DNA of 38,557 nt. Source: a virus (lineage: Duplodnaviria > Caudoviricetes). The DNA is taken from positions 1-38,557 of the IMG/VR virus record IMGVR_UViG_3300045285_000068. One strand, written 5' to 3'. A model generated the notes under the pieces. That model did not search any database. It saw only the letters and a program-made list of their open reading frames with translations, and was not told where the DNA came from. The position numbers were made by a program, and so were the translations under genes. How positions within the stretch are numbered: the stretch's first letter is position 1; each line of letters opens with the position of its first letter. Positions 7,234 to 15,680 of the stretch are shown in pieces.

Positions 7234-9426
7234 ATGGCTAACGCACAAACCGACGCCTTCCTACGGCCCGAGCCGGAGCCCGCTGCGCCGAAGGGCGACG
7301 CCGACCCGGAAGCCTACGGCGGCGACCAGGACGCGCTGCACGTCAAGCTGGTGCGCTGGTTCGAGGAAAGCGAGCGCGAGAGCATCGAGTCGCGGCGCGA
7401 GTCGGAACTGCATCGCGATTACAAGAACTGCATACAGTGGACCGCTGCCGAGAAGATCGCGCTGAAGGATCGCCACCAGCCGGAAACGACGTTCAACTAT
7501 GTGTCGCGAAAGGTGGATCTGCTCTGCGGCATGGAACGCAAGGCGAGAACCGACGCGAAGGCTTTTCCGCGCGACCCGACCGAAGATGACCGCGCCGATG
7601 CAGCAACCCAGGCGTTGCGCTTCGTATCGGATGACAACGACTTCAGTGTGATCCGCAGCGCCGTCTATGAAAATATCCTAGTCGAGGGGTGTGGTGGAGT
7701 GCTGCTCGGCCTGGACGATGACGGCCAGGGCGGCGCGGACATCACATACGAACAAGCGCCGTGGGAGCGCATCTGGGCCGATCCGCACTCCCGCGCGCTG
7801 GACTATCTCGACGCGCGATACAAGGGCCTCGCGGTGTGGATGGACCGCGATCAGGCGGACGAAACCTACCCCAACGCCGCCGAAGTGCTGGAGAACAGCT
7901 TCTCCGAGCACAACGGCAATTCGTACGACGATCGCCCCGGCAACGTGGCCTGGACCGATACCACCCGGAAGCGCACGCGCGTTCTGATGGCGTTTTGGTC
8001 AGAGGGCAAGACGTGGTGGGAATGCACGTTCACCCGCGCCGGGATATTGGTCCCGCCGTATAAATCCAAGTTCAAGGACCGGCGCGGCAAGTCGGCATGC
8101 CGGTTGCTGCTGCAGGCCGCGTATCGGGACCGGGAGAACCACGCTTTCGGCGCGGTGCGCGACTGGATATCGCCGCAGGATGAGATCAACAAGCGGCACA
8201 GCAAGGCGCTGCATCTGCTGTCCGTCCGCACAGTGATCGCTGAGCAAGGCGCGGTAACGGACATCGACAAGGCGCGACGAGAGGCGGCCAAGCCGGATGG
8301 TTACGTCGAGATCACGCCGGGGATGAAGTTTGAGATCGAGAAGGGCGGCGACCTGGCGGCTGGGCAATTCCAGTTGCTGCAACACGCCACGGCCGAAATG
8401 CAGGCCGCTGGGCCTAATGCGTCGATGTCCGGCACCGACCCGCGCGAACTCTCCGGCAGGGCCATCCTGGCGCAGCAGGCGGGCGGCATGGCGCAGAATG
8501 AGCCGCTTGCCGACGGACTGCGGATGTGGAGCCGGCGCGTTTACGAGATGTCGTGGATGGCAGCGCGCGAGTTCTGGACCGCCGGCAAGTGGGTGCGCGT
8601 GACGGATGATCTGGGAGCGACGAAGTGGGTCGGCATCAACCGGCAGGTGACTCTGCAGGACGAACTTGCCGCCATGCCGGAGCAACAGCGGGCTGGAGTC
8701 ATGCAGCGCATGCAGCCGCCGTTGCAGCCGGGCGATCCGCGCTTGTCTCAGGTCGTGCGGATTGAAAACGACATCACCGATCTGGACGTCGACATTACGA
8801 TTGACGAGGGGATCGACGTGCCGACGATGCAGGCGGAGCAGTTCCAGACGCTTGTGCAGCTCGCCGGCATGCAGCCCAACCTGATCCCCGGCGACGTGCT
8901 GATTGCCGCGAGCGGTCTGAAGAACAAGGACCAACTCCTCGAACGAATGAAGGCGCACGCCGAGCAACAGCAGCAGGCGCAGGCGCAGCAGCAGCCGTTG
9001 ATCCAGCGCCACGCCGAAGCCTCGGTCGCCAAGCTCGAAGGCGACGCCGCCGCACAGATGGCGCTGGCGAAAGAGCGCGGCGTCAACGCGGCCAAGAGCA
9101 TCCACGACATCCACGGCGATTTTTCCGCCCCGCCGTACGGCCAGCCGTTCGCCGCACCGCCCGATCCGCCATCGGCGCCTGGCACAGCGGGCGCCCCGCC
9201 GGAAATGTCGCCGGAAATGATGCTGGAGCACCACATCGCCGATCTGCGCGTGAAGCACGCCAACGCCGCGACGGCTGAGGCGAAAGCGGCGCTGATCGGG
9301 CGGCAGGTCGCGCATGAGCCGCACAAGGCGGTCGCAACGATCGCCGGCACGCACTCGATGATGGTCAACACCAACCGGCTGGCGCAGACGCCGATACCGC
9401 AGCCTGCAACCCAAGGAGCGACGTAA
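7234..9426 (+). CDS. Portal protein, P22-like
   Basis: AAGGAGG SD; 730 aa after terL; QDEINKR.SK and SGRAILAQQ motifs; Gln-rich C-terminal barrel. Confidence 0.92.
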   Translation: MANAQTDAFLRPEPEPAAPKGDADPEAYGGDQDALHVKLVRWFEESERESIESRRESELHRDYKNCIQWTAAEKIALKDRHQPETTFNYVSRKVDLLCGMERKARTDAKAFPRDPTEDDRADAATQALRFVSDDNDFSVIRSAVYENILVEGCGGVLLGLDDDGQGGADITYEQAPWERIWADPHSRALDYLDARYKGLAVWMDRDQADETYPNAAEVLENSFSEHNGNSYDDRPGNVAWTDTTRKRTRVLMAFWSEGKTWWECTFTRAGILVPPYKSKFKDRRGKSACRLLLQAAYRDRENHAFGAVRDWISPQDEINKRHSKALHLLSVRTVIAEQGAVTDIDKARREAAKPDGYVEITPGMKFEIEKGGDLAAGQFQLLQHATAEMQAAGPNASMSGTDPRELSGRAILAQQAGGMAQNEPLADGLRMWSRRVYEMSWMAAREFWTAGKWVRVTDDLGATKWVGINRQVTLQDELAAMPEQQRAGVMQRMQPPLQPGDPRLSQVVRIENDITDLDVDITIDEGIDVPTMQAEQFQTLVQLAGMQPNLIPGDVLIAASGLKNKDQLLERMKAHAEQQQQAQAQQQPLIQRHAEASVAKLEGDAAAQMALAKERGVNAAKSIHDIHGDFSAPPYGQPFAAPPDPPSAPGTAGAPPEMSPEMMLEHHIADLRVKHANAATAEAKAALIGRQVAHEPHKAVATIAGTHSMMVNTNRLAQTPIPQPATQGAT

Positions 9427-9644
9427 TGCCGGCAACAGCAACGGGGCGGGGTGCGCAGGTCATTTTGACCGGGCAGGCGCAGGCGGCGGCGCGTGGCGCT
9501 GCTGCGCCGACGATGGCGGCTAACCTAGAGGTCATCCGCAGCCTGATCGCATCCGGCGTGCTCGCCGATGGGACGAAGCCGGACGGCACGACCCTCACCG
9601 GGCAACCCGCCTATGATGTCGTAATCGCGGCGACCGCACCATGA
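9426..9644 (+). CDS. Small virion-module protein (72 aa)
   Basis: Coupled to the portal stop; shares an RG(A/G)QV(I/V)L motif with 13942..14382. Confidence 0.7.
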   Translation: MPATATGRGAQVILTGQAQAAARGAAAPTMAANLEVIRSLIASGVLADGTKPDGTTLTGQPAYDVVIAATAP

Positions 9645-11572
9645 TGCGCATCGCAGGAGCCGCGTTGCTCGCGGCAGTGCTCGCCATCGCCTCGGCCGTC
9701 GCGCAAGGTCCGTCGCCTCCGTCCCCGATATTGACGCTCGGCCTGGCCGGGCCATGCGATGTGATTGCGGCGGGAGGGCAGACCTGTGCGGCTGCCCATA
9801 GCGTAACGCGAAGGATGTTTGCGAGCTACATCGGGCCACTGTTCCAGCTACAGCGGACGTCTGACACCACGACCCTCGACATCGGCACCAAGAACGGCGC
9901 GGCCGATGTGGTAGCGGCGACGGCGTTCTGCCTCGGGACCGAATGCCTGTTTATGACGATTTACGACCAGAGTGGGAATGGCAACCATCTGTGGGCTGGG
10001 CCGAATGAGCCGGTAGCGACAGCAGTTAACGCATCGCCGTGGTGGATTCACTGGCAGAAAAACCTACCTTTGGTGCAAACCGGGTTCTACATCGGAACGC
10101 CCTCGCTCGGTAACTTCTACCGGAATCGTGGTCACACATCTAACCTGCCGACCGGCGCGAGCCCGTCCACGACTTACTACGTGCGGCCAACTGACATCTA
10201 TGGCCGGTGGGGCGACTATGGAAGGGGTGAAAACCCTATAGCGACACTGTGCGGCGGTGGTGAAACGGATGTGACGTGCCCCGCCGGTGCCAGCTTCGCC
10301 ATTGGTTACAGTAATGGCGTGGGAACAGCGCCAACTTTCGCGCCTCCCTACGCTGGCGGAACCACGCGCATTCTTGGCGTTGACATGGAATACTTCATGC
10401 CCGCATTCCAGACCGCTTCATGGCCGCAGCAAATGATCGGCCTAGCGAAGTCTGACGGGACAAATATCGTCATCAAATACGGAGACGCGACGTCCAGCGC
10501 TCTTAACACGCTCGCAACTCTCCGATCCCCTCGCGTTCCTCTGCGAACGCAGAACGGCTTGCAATTCAGCGAAGGTGGCGACGCAACCGGATCGGGACTC
10601 CAATTTTACGAGGGAGCGATAATCTCTGGTATGACAGCCCACGTTACCGACAATGCGGTTGCTTCGAATGTCGCCGCCTTCTATGGCGCCGCGCCCCCGA
10701 CGCCGGCCACACCTGCTCAAGACCTTTATTCTACGGGAGGGGCGAACAACCTCGGACAGGTGCAGCTAACTAAAGCGTTCGGCGGAGCGTACGGATTGCG
10801 CCGAATGAACATCGCTTATACGGGATATGCTGCCCTGATCACTCGCGAAACCGATACGACTTCACTTGAGGTCGGGTTTGATGGCAGCGGGAACTTTGAC
10901 GACTTTGCCGCGCAGAACTTCTGTGCCAGTACAATTTGCCATGCGCAGTTGCACAATCAGGCGCCGACTTGGCGGAACAATAACACCAAGAGCGCGGTCT
11001 ATAATCTGGTGAATGGGACGTTGGCGGCACAGCCAACGCTCGTGTTCAACGGCTTAAATGGGCGAACGGTTCTTGGTTTTAACGGCAGTCAGTTTATCTG
11101 TTCCGTTACAAACGTTGATACTTTGGGGCCGCAATGGTTCGCTGCTGCCGTAGCGGAACGCACTGCCTCGTTTACCACAGCTATGTCGATCCTAGGAGGG
11201 AACAGCCAGTGGGCGTTAGGGTTCGCGGCCGTCATAAACACGACATCGCTCACGACAAACACCGCGACCACAATGAACGGGGCGACACTGACTGATAACG
11301 CATGGGGCCTGATCGTCGGACAGAATCTAAATGGTTCGGGCAGCGTGTCCGTCAACAACGGGACAGCCGTGACAGCGGTGCAGAGCACCGCAAACACGCC
11401 CGTACAGAAGATGTGCATCGGCGCGGGCGCCGGCACCGGGACTCTCAAACTGACAGGGCAGGTTGCCGAAGTCATCATCGGCGCGGCGAGCGGCGACATG
11501 GCATTGCCGACCGTAGCGCAGTGGACCGCGCTCTACAACGACGAACACGCCTATTACGGAGGCGCGTTCTAA
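9641..11572 (+). CDS. Signal-peptide protein with GH54 alpha-L-arabinofuranosidase B catalytic domain plus a second AbfB-like/LamG domain
   Basis: GPCD...AAHSVTR..F..Y.GPLFQ, IYDQSGNGNHL, DYG..E, VDME and GGD...FYEG motifs; N-terminal signal peptide ending AVA-Q. Confidence 0.85.
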   Translation: MMRIAGAALLAAVLAIASAVAQGPSPPSPILTLGLAGPCDVIAAGGQTCAAAHSVTRRMFASYIGPLFQLQRTSDTTTLDIGTKNGAADVVAATAFCLGTECLFMTIYDQSGNGNHLWAGPNEPVATAVNASPWWIHWQKNLPLVQTGFYIGTPSLGNFYRNRGHTSNLPTGASPSTTYYVRPTDIYGRWGDYGRGENPIATLCGGGETDVTCPAGASFAIGYSNGVGTAPTFAPPYAGGTTRILGVDMEYFMPAFQTASWPQQMIGLAKSDGTNIVIKYGDATSSALNTLATLRSPRVPLRTQNGLQFSEGGDATGSGLQFYEGAIISGMTAHVTDNAVASNVAAFYGAAPPTPATPAQDLYSTGGANNLGQVQLTKAFGGAYGLRRMNIAYTGYAALITRETDTTSLEVGFDGSGNFDDFAAQNFCASTICHAQLHNQAPTWRNNNTKSAVYNLVNGTLAAQPTLVFNGLNGRTVLGFNGSQFICSVTNVDTLGPQWFAAAVAERTASFTTAMSILGGNSQWALGFAAVINTTSLTTNTATTMNGATLTDNAWGLIVGQNLNGSGSVSVNNGTAVTAVQSTANTPVQKMCIGAGAGTGTLKLTGQVAEVIIGAASGDMALPTVAQWTALYNDEHAYYGGAF

Positions 11573-11622
11573 CCCGCCGCCGGGGTAACGGGCGAGGCCG
11601 CCGCCGGGCCGAGTGACGGGCG
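11572..11622 (+). ncRNA. Putative cis-regulatory RNA motif, two tandem copies (stem-GCCGCCG-stem...ACGGGCG)
   Basis: Stems ACCC/GGGT and GGCC/GGCC around an invariant loop; the same motif occurs twice more at 12679-12732. Confidence 0.6.
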
Positions 11623-11639
11623 CAATCGAGGAACCACAC

Positions 11640-11822
11640 ATGGGACACCGCATACGCGTGGAAGTCGTGCTGACGCTGGCCGACGACCTGACGGCCGGCG
11701 CGCACTCTGTTGAGCCGGACGAACTGCACTACGCCGGTCTATCGGCCGATGAACTAGCACAGTTCATCGTCGACGCGATTCAGTCTCGCGCACGGGAATT
11801 CCGAAAGGTGCGGGGAGCATAG
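11640..11822 (+). CDS. Hypothetical protein (60 aa)
   Basis: GAGG SD before ATG 11640. Confidence 0.6.
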   Translation: MGHRIRVEVVLTLADDLTAGAHSVEPDELHYAGLSADELAQFIVDAIQSRAREFRKVRGA

Positions 11823-11824
11823 CC

Positions 11825-12667
11825 ATGCCTGAGCCAACCCAACTCGACGCGTTCCTTGCGGGGAATGCGCCGGAGGCCGAACCCGTCGCCGCTGCCGAGC
11901 CGGAAGCGAAACCCGAAGGCGAAGCGGCGCCGGTTGTCGAGACCAAACCGGACGCCGCAAAGCCGGACGCTGCGAAACCCGAGACAGACGACGAACCGCC
12001 GGCCGCTCGCGACGGTGAGGCCATCGTGCCGCGCCGTGCTTTCGAGGCGGTGCGGCATGAACGCCAGGACTGGAAGGCGAAGGCCGTTGCCGCCGAGACG
12101 CAGCGCGATGAGCTGCAACGCCAACTCGCCGAGGCCAAGGCCGCGCCAGCACCGCAGCCGACACCGCAGCCTGCGCCGCGCGAGATACCCAACCCCGCCG
12201 TGGACCCTGCCGGCTATCACCAGTGGGCCGAGCAGGAGAGATCCAAAGCGGAAATCAATCAGCGGCTCAACTTCTCCGAAATGCTGGTGACGAAGGAGCT
12301 CGGCACGGAAAAGGTGGCGGCGCTGATCGCGGACTTCAAAGAGGCGGCGCAAGCTAACCCGCAGCTTACTGCGCAACTCTACAGCCAGCCGCATCCGTAC
12401 GAGTGGGCGGCAAAGCAGGTCGAGATCATCCGCGCGCAGAAGGAAATCGGCACCGACCCGGCGGCCTATCGTGCGCGGATCATCGCCGAATACACCGCGG
12501 CCAACGGCAACGGTGCGGCTCCGGCCGTTCCCGTTTCCCCGGCTTCCGGCATGGCCCCGTCGCTCGCGTCGGCGCGGTCGGTGGCGGGGCGGAGTGCTCC
12601 GGCGTTCACCGGGCCATTGAGCATGGACGATATCCTGGCCGGCGCGCAGGGCCACAAGCGAGCCTAG
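11825..12667 (+). CDS. Scaffolding protein
   Basis: Acidic, Pro-rich N-terminus and coiled coil; lies between portal and capsid. Confidence 0.82.
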   Translation: MPEPTQLDAFLAGNAPEAEPVAAAEPEAKPEGEAAPVVETKPDAAKPDAAKPETDDEPPAARDGEAIVPRRAFEAVRHERQDWKAKAVAAETQRDELQRQLAEAKAAPAPQPTPQPAPREIPNPAVDPAGYHQWAEQERSKAEINQRLNFSEMLVTKELGTEKVAALIADFKEAAQANPQLTAQLYSQPHPYEWAAKQVEIIRAQKEIGTDPAAYRARIIAEYTAANGNGAAPAVPVSPASGMAPSLASARSVAGRSAPAFTGPLSMDDILAGAQGHKRA

Positions 12668-12678
12668 CACGTGCCTAA

Positions 12679-12732
12679 ACCTGCCGCCGGGGTCAACGGG
12701 CGCTATAACCGCCGCCGGGTTTCCCACGGGCG
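12679..12732 (+). ncRNA. Putative cis-regulatory RNA motif, two tandem copies in the capsid leader
   Basis: Stems ACCT/GGGT and AACC/GGTT around GCCGCCG, each followed by ACGGGCG. Confidence 0.6.
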
Positions 12733-12774
12733 TTCGTGACGCAAAACCGAACCAACCCAACATAGGAAATCCAA

Positions 12775-13884
12775 ATGGCTGACATGAATGTCACGGCCGC
12801 TCGGCCGCTACTCACGGCCACGATCTGGGATTCGGAATTTTTCACCGAGTACGTCCGCAAGTCCCAATTCTCCCGCTACTTCGGCACCAAGATGGAGTCG
12901 ATGATCCAAATCAAGGAAGACCTTACCGCCAAGAAGGGCGATAGCATCGTCTTCCCGGCAGTCCGCCGCCTGGTCGGCGCGGGCGTGACCGGCAACACCG
13001 TGCTGGAAGGCAACGAAGAAGTCCTGAACGCCCGCAGCATGAAGCTGTCGGTTGGCGTTATCCGGCACGCGGTCGCCGTCAGCGATTGGGACGATCAGAA
13101 GTCGGTAATCGAGTTGCGGGACGCGGCGCGCGAGGCGCTGATGACCTGGGAACTCGAAAAGATGAGGAATGACATCATTTCCTCGCTCGGCTCGATCACC
13201 GCGGACGGCTCGGTGCAGCTTACCTACGGCGCAGCTACCGCCGGCCAGCGCAACACGCACCTGACGAACAACGCCGACCGCACACTGTTCGGCGCGCTTG
13301 TCGCAAACGGCGTCTCCAACGTGTTCGCAACCGCGCTCCTCACACTCGACAATACCGCCGACAAGTTCTCGACCGGCATGATCTCGATGGCAAAGCGCCG
13401 GGCGAAGGCGGCCAACCCGCGCCTGCGCCCGATTACCGTCAATGGCGACGAGGAATGGTGGGTAATCTTCTGCAACTCGGCTCAGTACCGCGACTTGCAG
13501 GCCGACCCGGTTATGATCGCGTCGTTGCAGCAAGGCTGGGTCCGCGGCGCGGATAATCCGCTGTTCACCGCGGGCGATCTGATCTGGTCGGGCACTATCA
13601 TCCGCGAGATACCGGAACTCACGACCGTTACCGGCGCGGGTGCTGGCGGGATCGACGTGGCTCCTGCATTCATGTGCGGTGCGCAGGCGCTCGGCATTGG
13701 GTGGGCGCAGCGTGCGAAAAGCACGACGAACACGAGGGATTACGGTTTCATGCACGGAACTGGCATCCAGGAAATGCGAGGAATCGGTAAGCTCCGCTTT
13801 GGCACGGATGTTACGACCGACGATGCCAAGCCGATCGACCAAGGCGTGTTTACGATGTGGACGGCAAGCATCGGCGACGCATAG
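12775..13884 (+). CDS. Major capsid protein (N4-gp56/DUF4043-like)
   Basis: DL..KGD.I.F...L.G.GV.G...LEGNEE.L, RHAV and GAQAL motifs; 369 aa; follows the scaffold. Confidence 0.93.
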   Translation: MADMNVTAARPLLTATIWDSEFFTEYVRKSQFSRYFGTKMESMIQIKEDLTAKKGDSIVFPAVRRLVGAGVTGNTVLEGNEEVLNARSMKLSVGVIRHAVAVSDWDDQKSVIELRDAAREALMTWELEKMRNDIISSLGSITADGSVQLTYGAATAGQRNTHLTNNADRTLFGALVANGVSNVFATALLTLDNTADKFSTGMISMAKRRAKAANPRLRPITVNGDEEWWVIFCNSAQYRDLQADPVMIASLQQGWVRGADNPLFTAGDLIWSGTIIREIPELTTVTGAGAGGIDVAPAFMCGAQALGIGWAQRAKSTTNTRDYGFMHGTGIQEMRGIGKLRFGTDVTTDDAKPIDQGVFTMWTASIGDA

Positions 13885-13941
13885 CAACCCGGCAGTGCCG
13901 GGTGAAGCCGCCCGGCGTTCGCCAACAGAGGGAAAATCCAA

Positions 13942-14382
13942 ATGAGCGACCAACCCAACGACGAACGCGACGAAGCGCAGGCGAAGGCCGACGAAGCCAC
14001 CGCAACGGAAGCGACTGCGCGAGCGACGCGCGAGCGCGGTGCAATCCAGCAGCGGCAGGCGGCCGAGCAGAAGCGCGCAGCCGACGCGGCAGCCGAGCGC
14101 AAAGCTGAGGCCGACGCTACCGCCAAAGCGACGGCCGATGCCCAGGCCACCACCGACGAGGAAGCCGCCGCTCGTGCTGCCGCAACCCGTGGCGGGCAGG
14201 TCGTGCTCGATCCGAAGTCCGCCGCCGCCATCGCTGCCAAGGGCGGGGCCGGCGCGACGATCCATGAGAACACGCTGGTCCGCGACGCGGCGCTGATCGA
14301 CATGGGCCTGCATCCGAACACGCCGTCGGCGCATCTGACCGACCCGCAGCCGTTGCCGGCCAAGCCGGAGGGTGCGGCGTGA
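13942..14382 (+). CDS. Hypothetical virion-module protein
   Basis: GAGGG SD; Ala-rich coiled coil followed by an RGGQVVL motif. Confidence 0.75.
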   Translation: MSDQPNDERDEAQAKADEATATEATARATRERGAIQQRQAAEQKRAADAAAERKAEADATAKATADAQATTDEEAAARAAATRGGQVVLDPKSAAAIAAKGGAGATIHENTLVRDAALIDMGLHPNTPSAHLTDPQPLPAKPEGAA

Positions 14383-14870
14383 TGAGGCGCATCATCCTCG
14401 CCGCGGTCGCACTGCTGGCACTCGCGTTCCCCGCCGCCGCCCAGGTCGGCCCGGTCGGCCAGACCGCAGGTGGCGCAATCAACCAGACGCAGTTCAACAC
14501 CAACAGCGACTCCGCCGGCTTCAACTCGATGGCGCTCACTCCGGCGGCGGTCGCTCTGGCCGGTAGCACGGCGCAGGCCACGTTCACGGCGGCGACCGGC
14601 GCGGTAGCAACCGGGCAGGTCATCACCACCACCACGACGGTCGTCACGACCTGCAGCGGCACGACGGGCTTCACCCTCCCGGCACTTCAGCGATACGTGC
14701 CGATTACAGTCATCAACCGTAGCGGCGGCTCGTGCCTGATCTGGCCGAGCATCGGGGCCACGGTGGAAACCGCGCTCGGCACCGATGGCGCGGCCAACGC
14801 GCCGTTCACGCAGCTTACCAATACCGACGTGATCTATAAGCCGGTCACCGCGACGCGCTGGGTCCAGTAG
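14379..14870 (+). CDS. Signal-peptide, beta-rich protein
   Basis: MRRIILAAVALLALAFPAAA-Q signal peptide; GTGA coupling. Confidence 0.75.
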   Translation: MMRRIILAAVALLALAFPAAAQVGPVGQTAGGAINQTQFNTNSDSAGFNSMALTPAAVALAGSTAQATFTAATGAVATGQVITTTTTVVTTCSGTTGFTLPALQRYVPITVINRSGGSCLIWPSIGATVETALGTDGAANAPFTQLTNTDVIYKPVTATRWVQ

Positions 14871-14873
14871 CAT

Positions 14874-15035
14874 ATGCTCAGCCTCGTACTTCTCGTGTTC
14901 TCGTTCGTGCTGGCATGCCTCGCAGCGTTCCCCGGCATCCGGTTCGATCCTTACCGCATGCACCTGGGTTGGGCGGCGTTCGCGTGTTTCGTTGCGGCGG
15001 ACCTGTTCGGTCGCGTTCCGCTGGGGCTGCACTGA
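14874..15035 (+). CDS. Small two-helix membrane protein (53 aa), absent from the ORF track
   Basis: MLSLVLLVFSFVLACLAAF...HLGWAAFACFVAADLF; fills the gap exactly. Confidence 0.7.
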   Translation: MLSLVLLVFSFVLACLAAFPGIRFDPYRMHLGWAAFACFVAADLFGRVPLGLH

Positions 15036-15680
15036 ATGTCTGTCACCGTCGCCACGCTCGGGGAACGCGCGCTGCGCCGCATAGGCGTGGCCGTGGTGCC
15101 GCTCGCCGACCGTCCGGCGCTCACCACTACCCTGACCGCCGACACCATCGCCACGCGCGCCCTGATGGCGCTGGCGGTGATCGCGGCGGACGAGACGCCG
15201 AGCGGCAACGACCAGGATCTCGCCCTGTCGAAGACGCTGGCGGTGCATGATTCGATGGTGGCACAGGGCTTCGTGCCGTGGACCGCGATAACCGTGCCGC
15301 AAGCGGTGGCGGAGGAATACGTGCTGCTGACCGCGTTGCACCTCGCAGCCGCGTTCGGCAAGGCCGGCGATCCGGCGCAGTTGCCGGTGCTGGAGGGCCG
15401 CGTGCGCAAGATGTCGCTGCTTCTCGGCGCCAACGACATTGCAACGGGCGCGGTGATGACGGTTCACATCAACCTTGCGGCGCGCGGGCTGGTGCGGTGG
15501 ACGGTATGGGACATCCCACCGGCAGCCGAGGACCCGTACGTATCTCTCGCCGCGACGTCGATTGCGCCGGAGTTCGGCCAGCAGCCGATCAAGGGCGATG
15601 ACGCTGAAGCGTATCGCGCGCTGGCCCAAATCATAGCCTTACCATCATCCGGCGAGCGTGTCCGGGCGGAGTACTTTTAG
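15036..15680 (+). CDS. Head-tail adaptor (P22 gp4-like), internally duplicated
   Basis: IATRALMAL.V....ETP motif, C-terminal AEYF, position after the capsid genes. Confidence 0.7.
   Translation: MSVTVATLGERALRRIGVAVVPLADRPALTTTLTADTIATRALMALAVIAADETPSGNDQDLALSKTLAVHDSMVAQGFVPWTAITVPQAVAEEYVLLTALHLAAAFGKAGDPAQLPVLEGRVRKMSLLLGANDIATGAVMTVHINLAARGLVRWTVWDIPPAAEDPYVSLAATSIAPEFGQQPIKGDDAEAYRALAQIIALPSSGERVRAEYF

Noticed and set aside
13887-13903. Terminator after the capsid gene
   Set aside because: The hairpin ACCCGGC/GCCGGGT has no U-tract; at most a stability or processing element.
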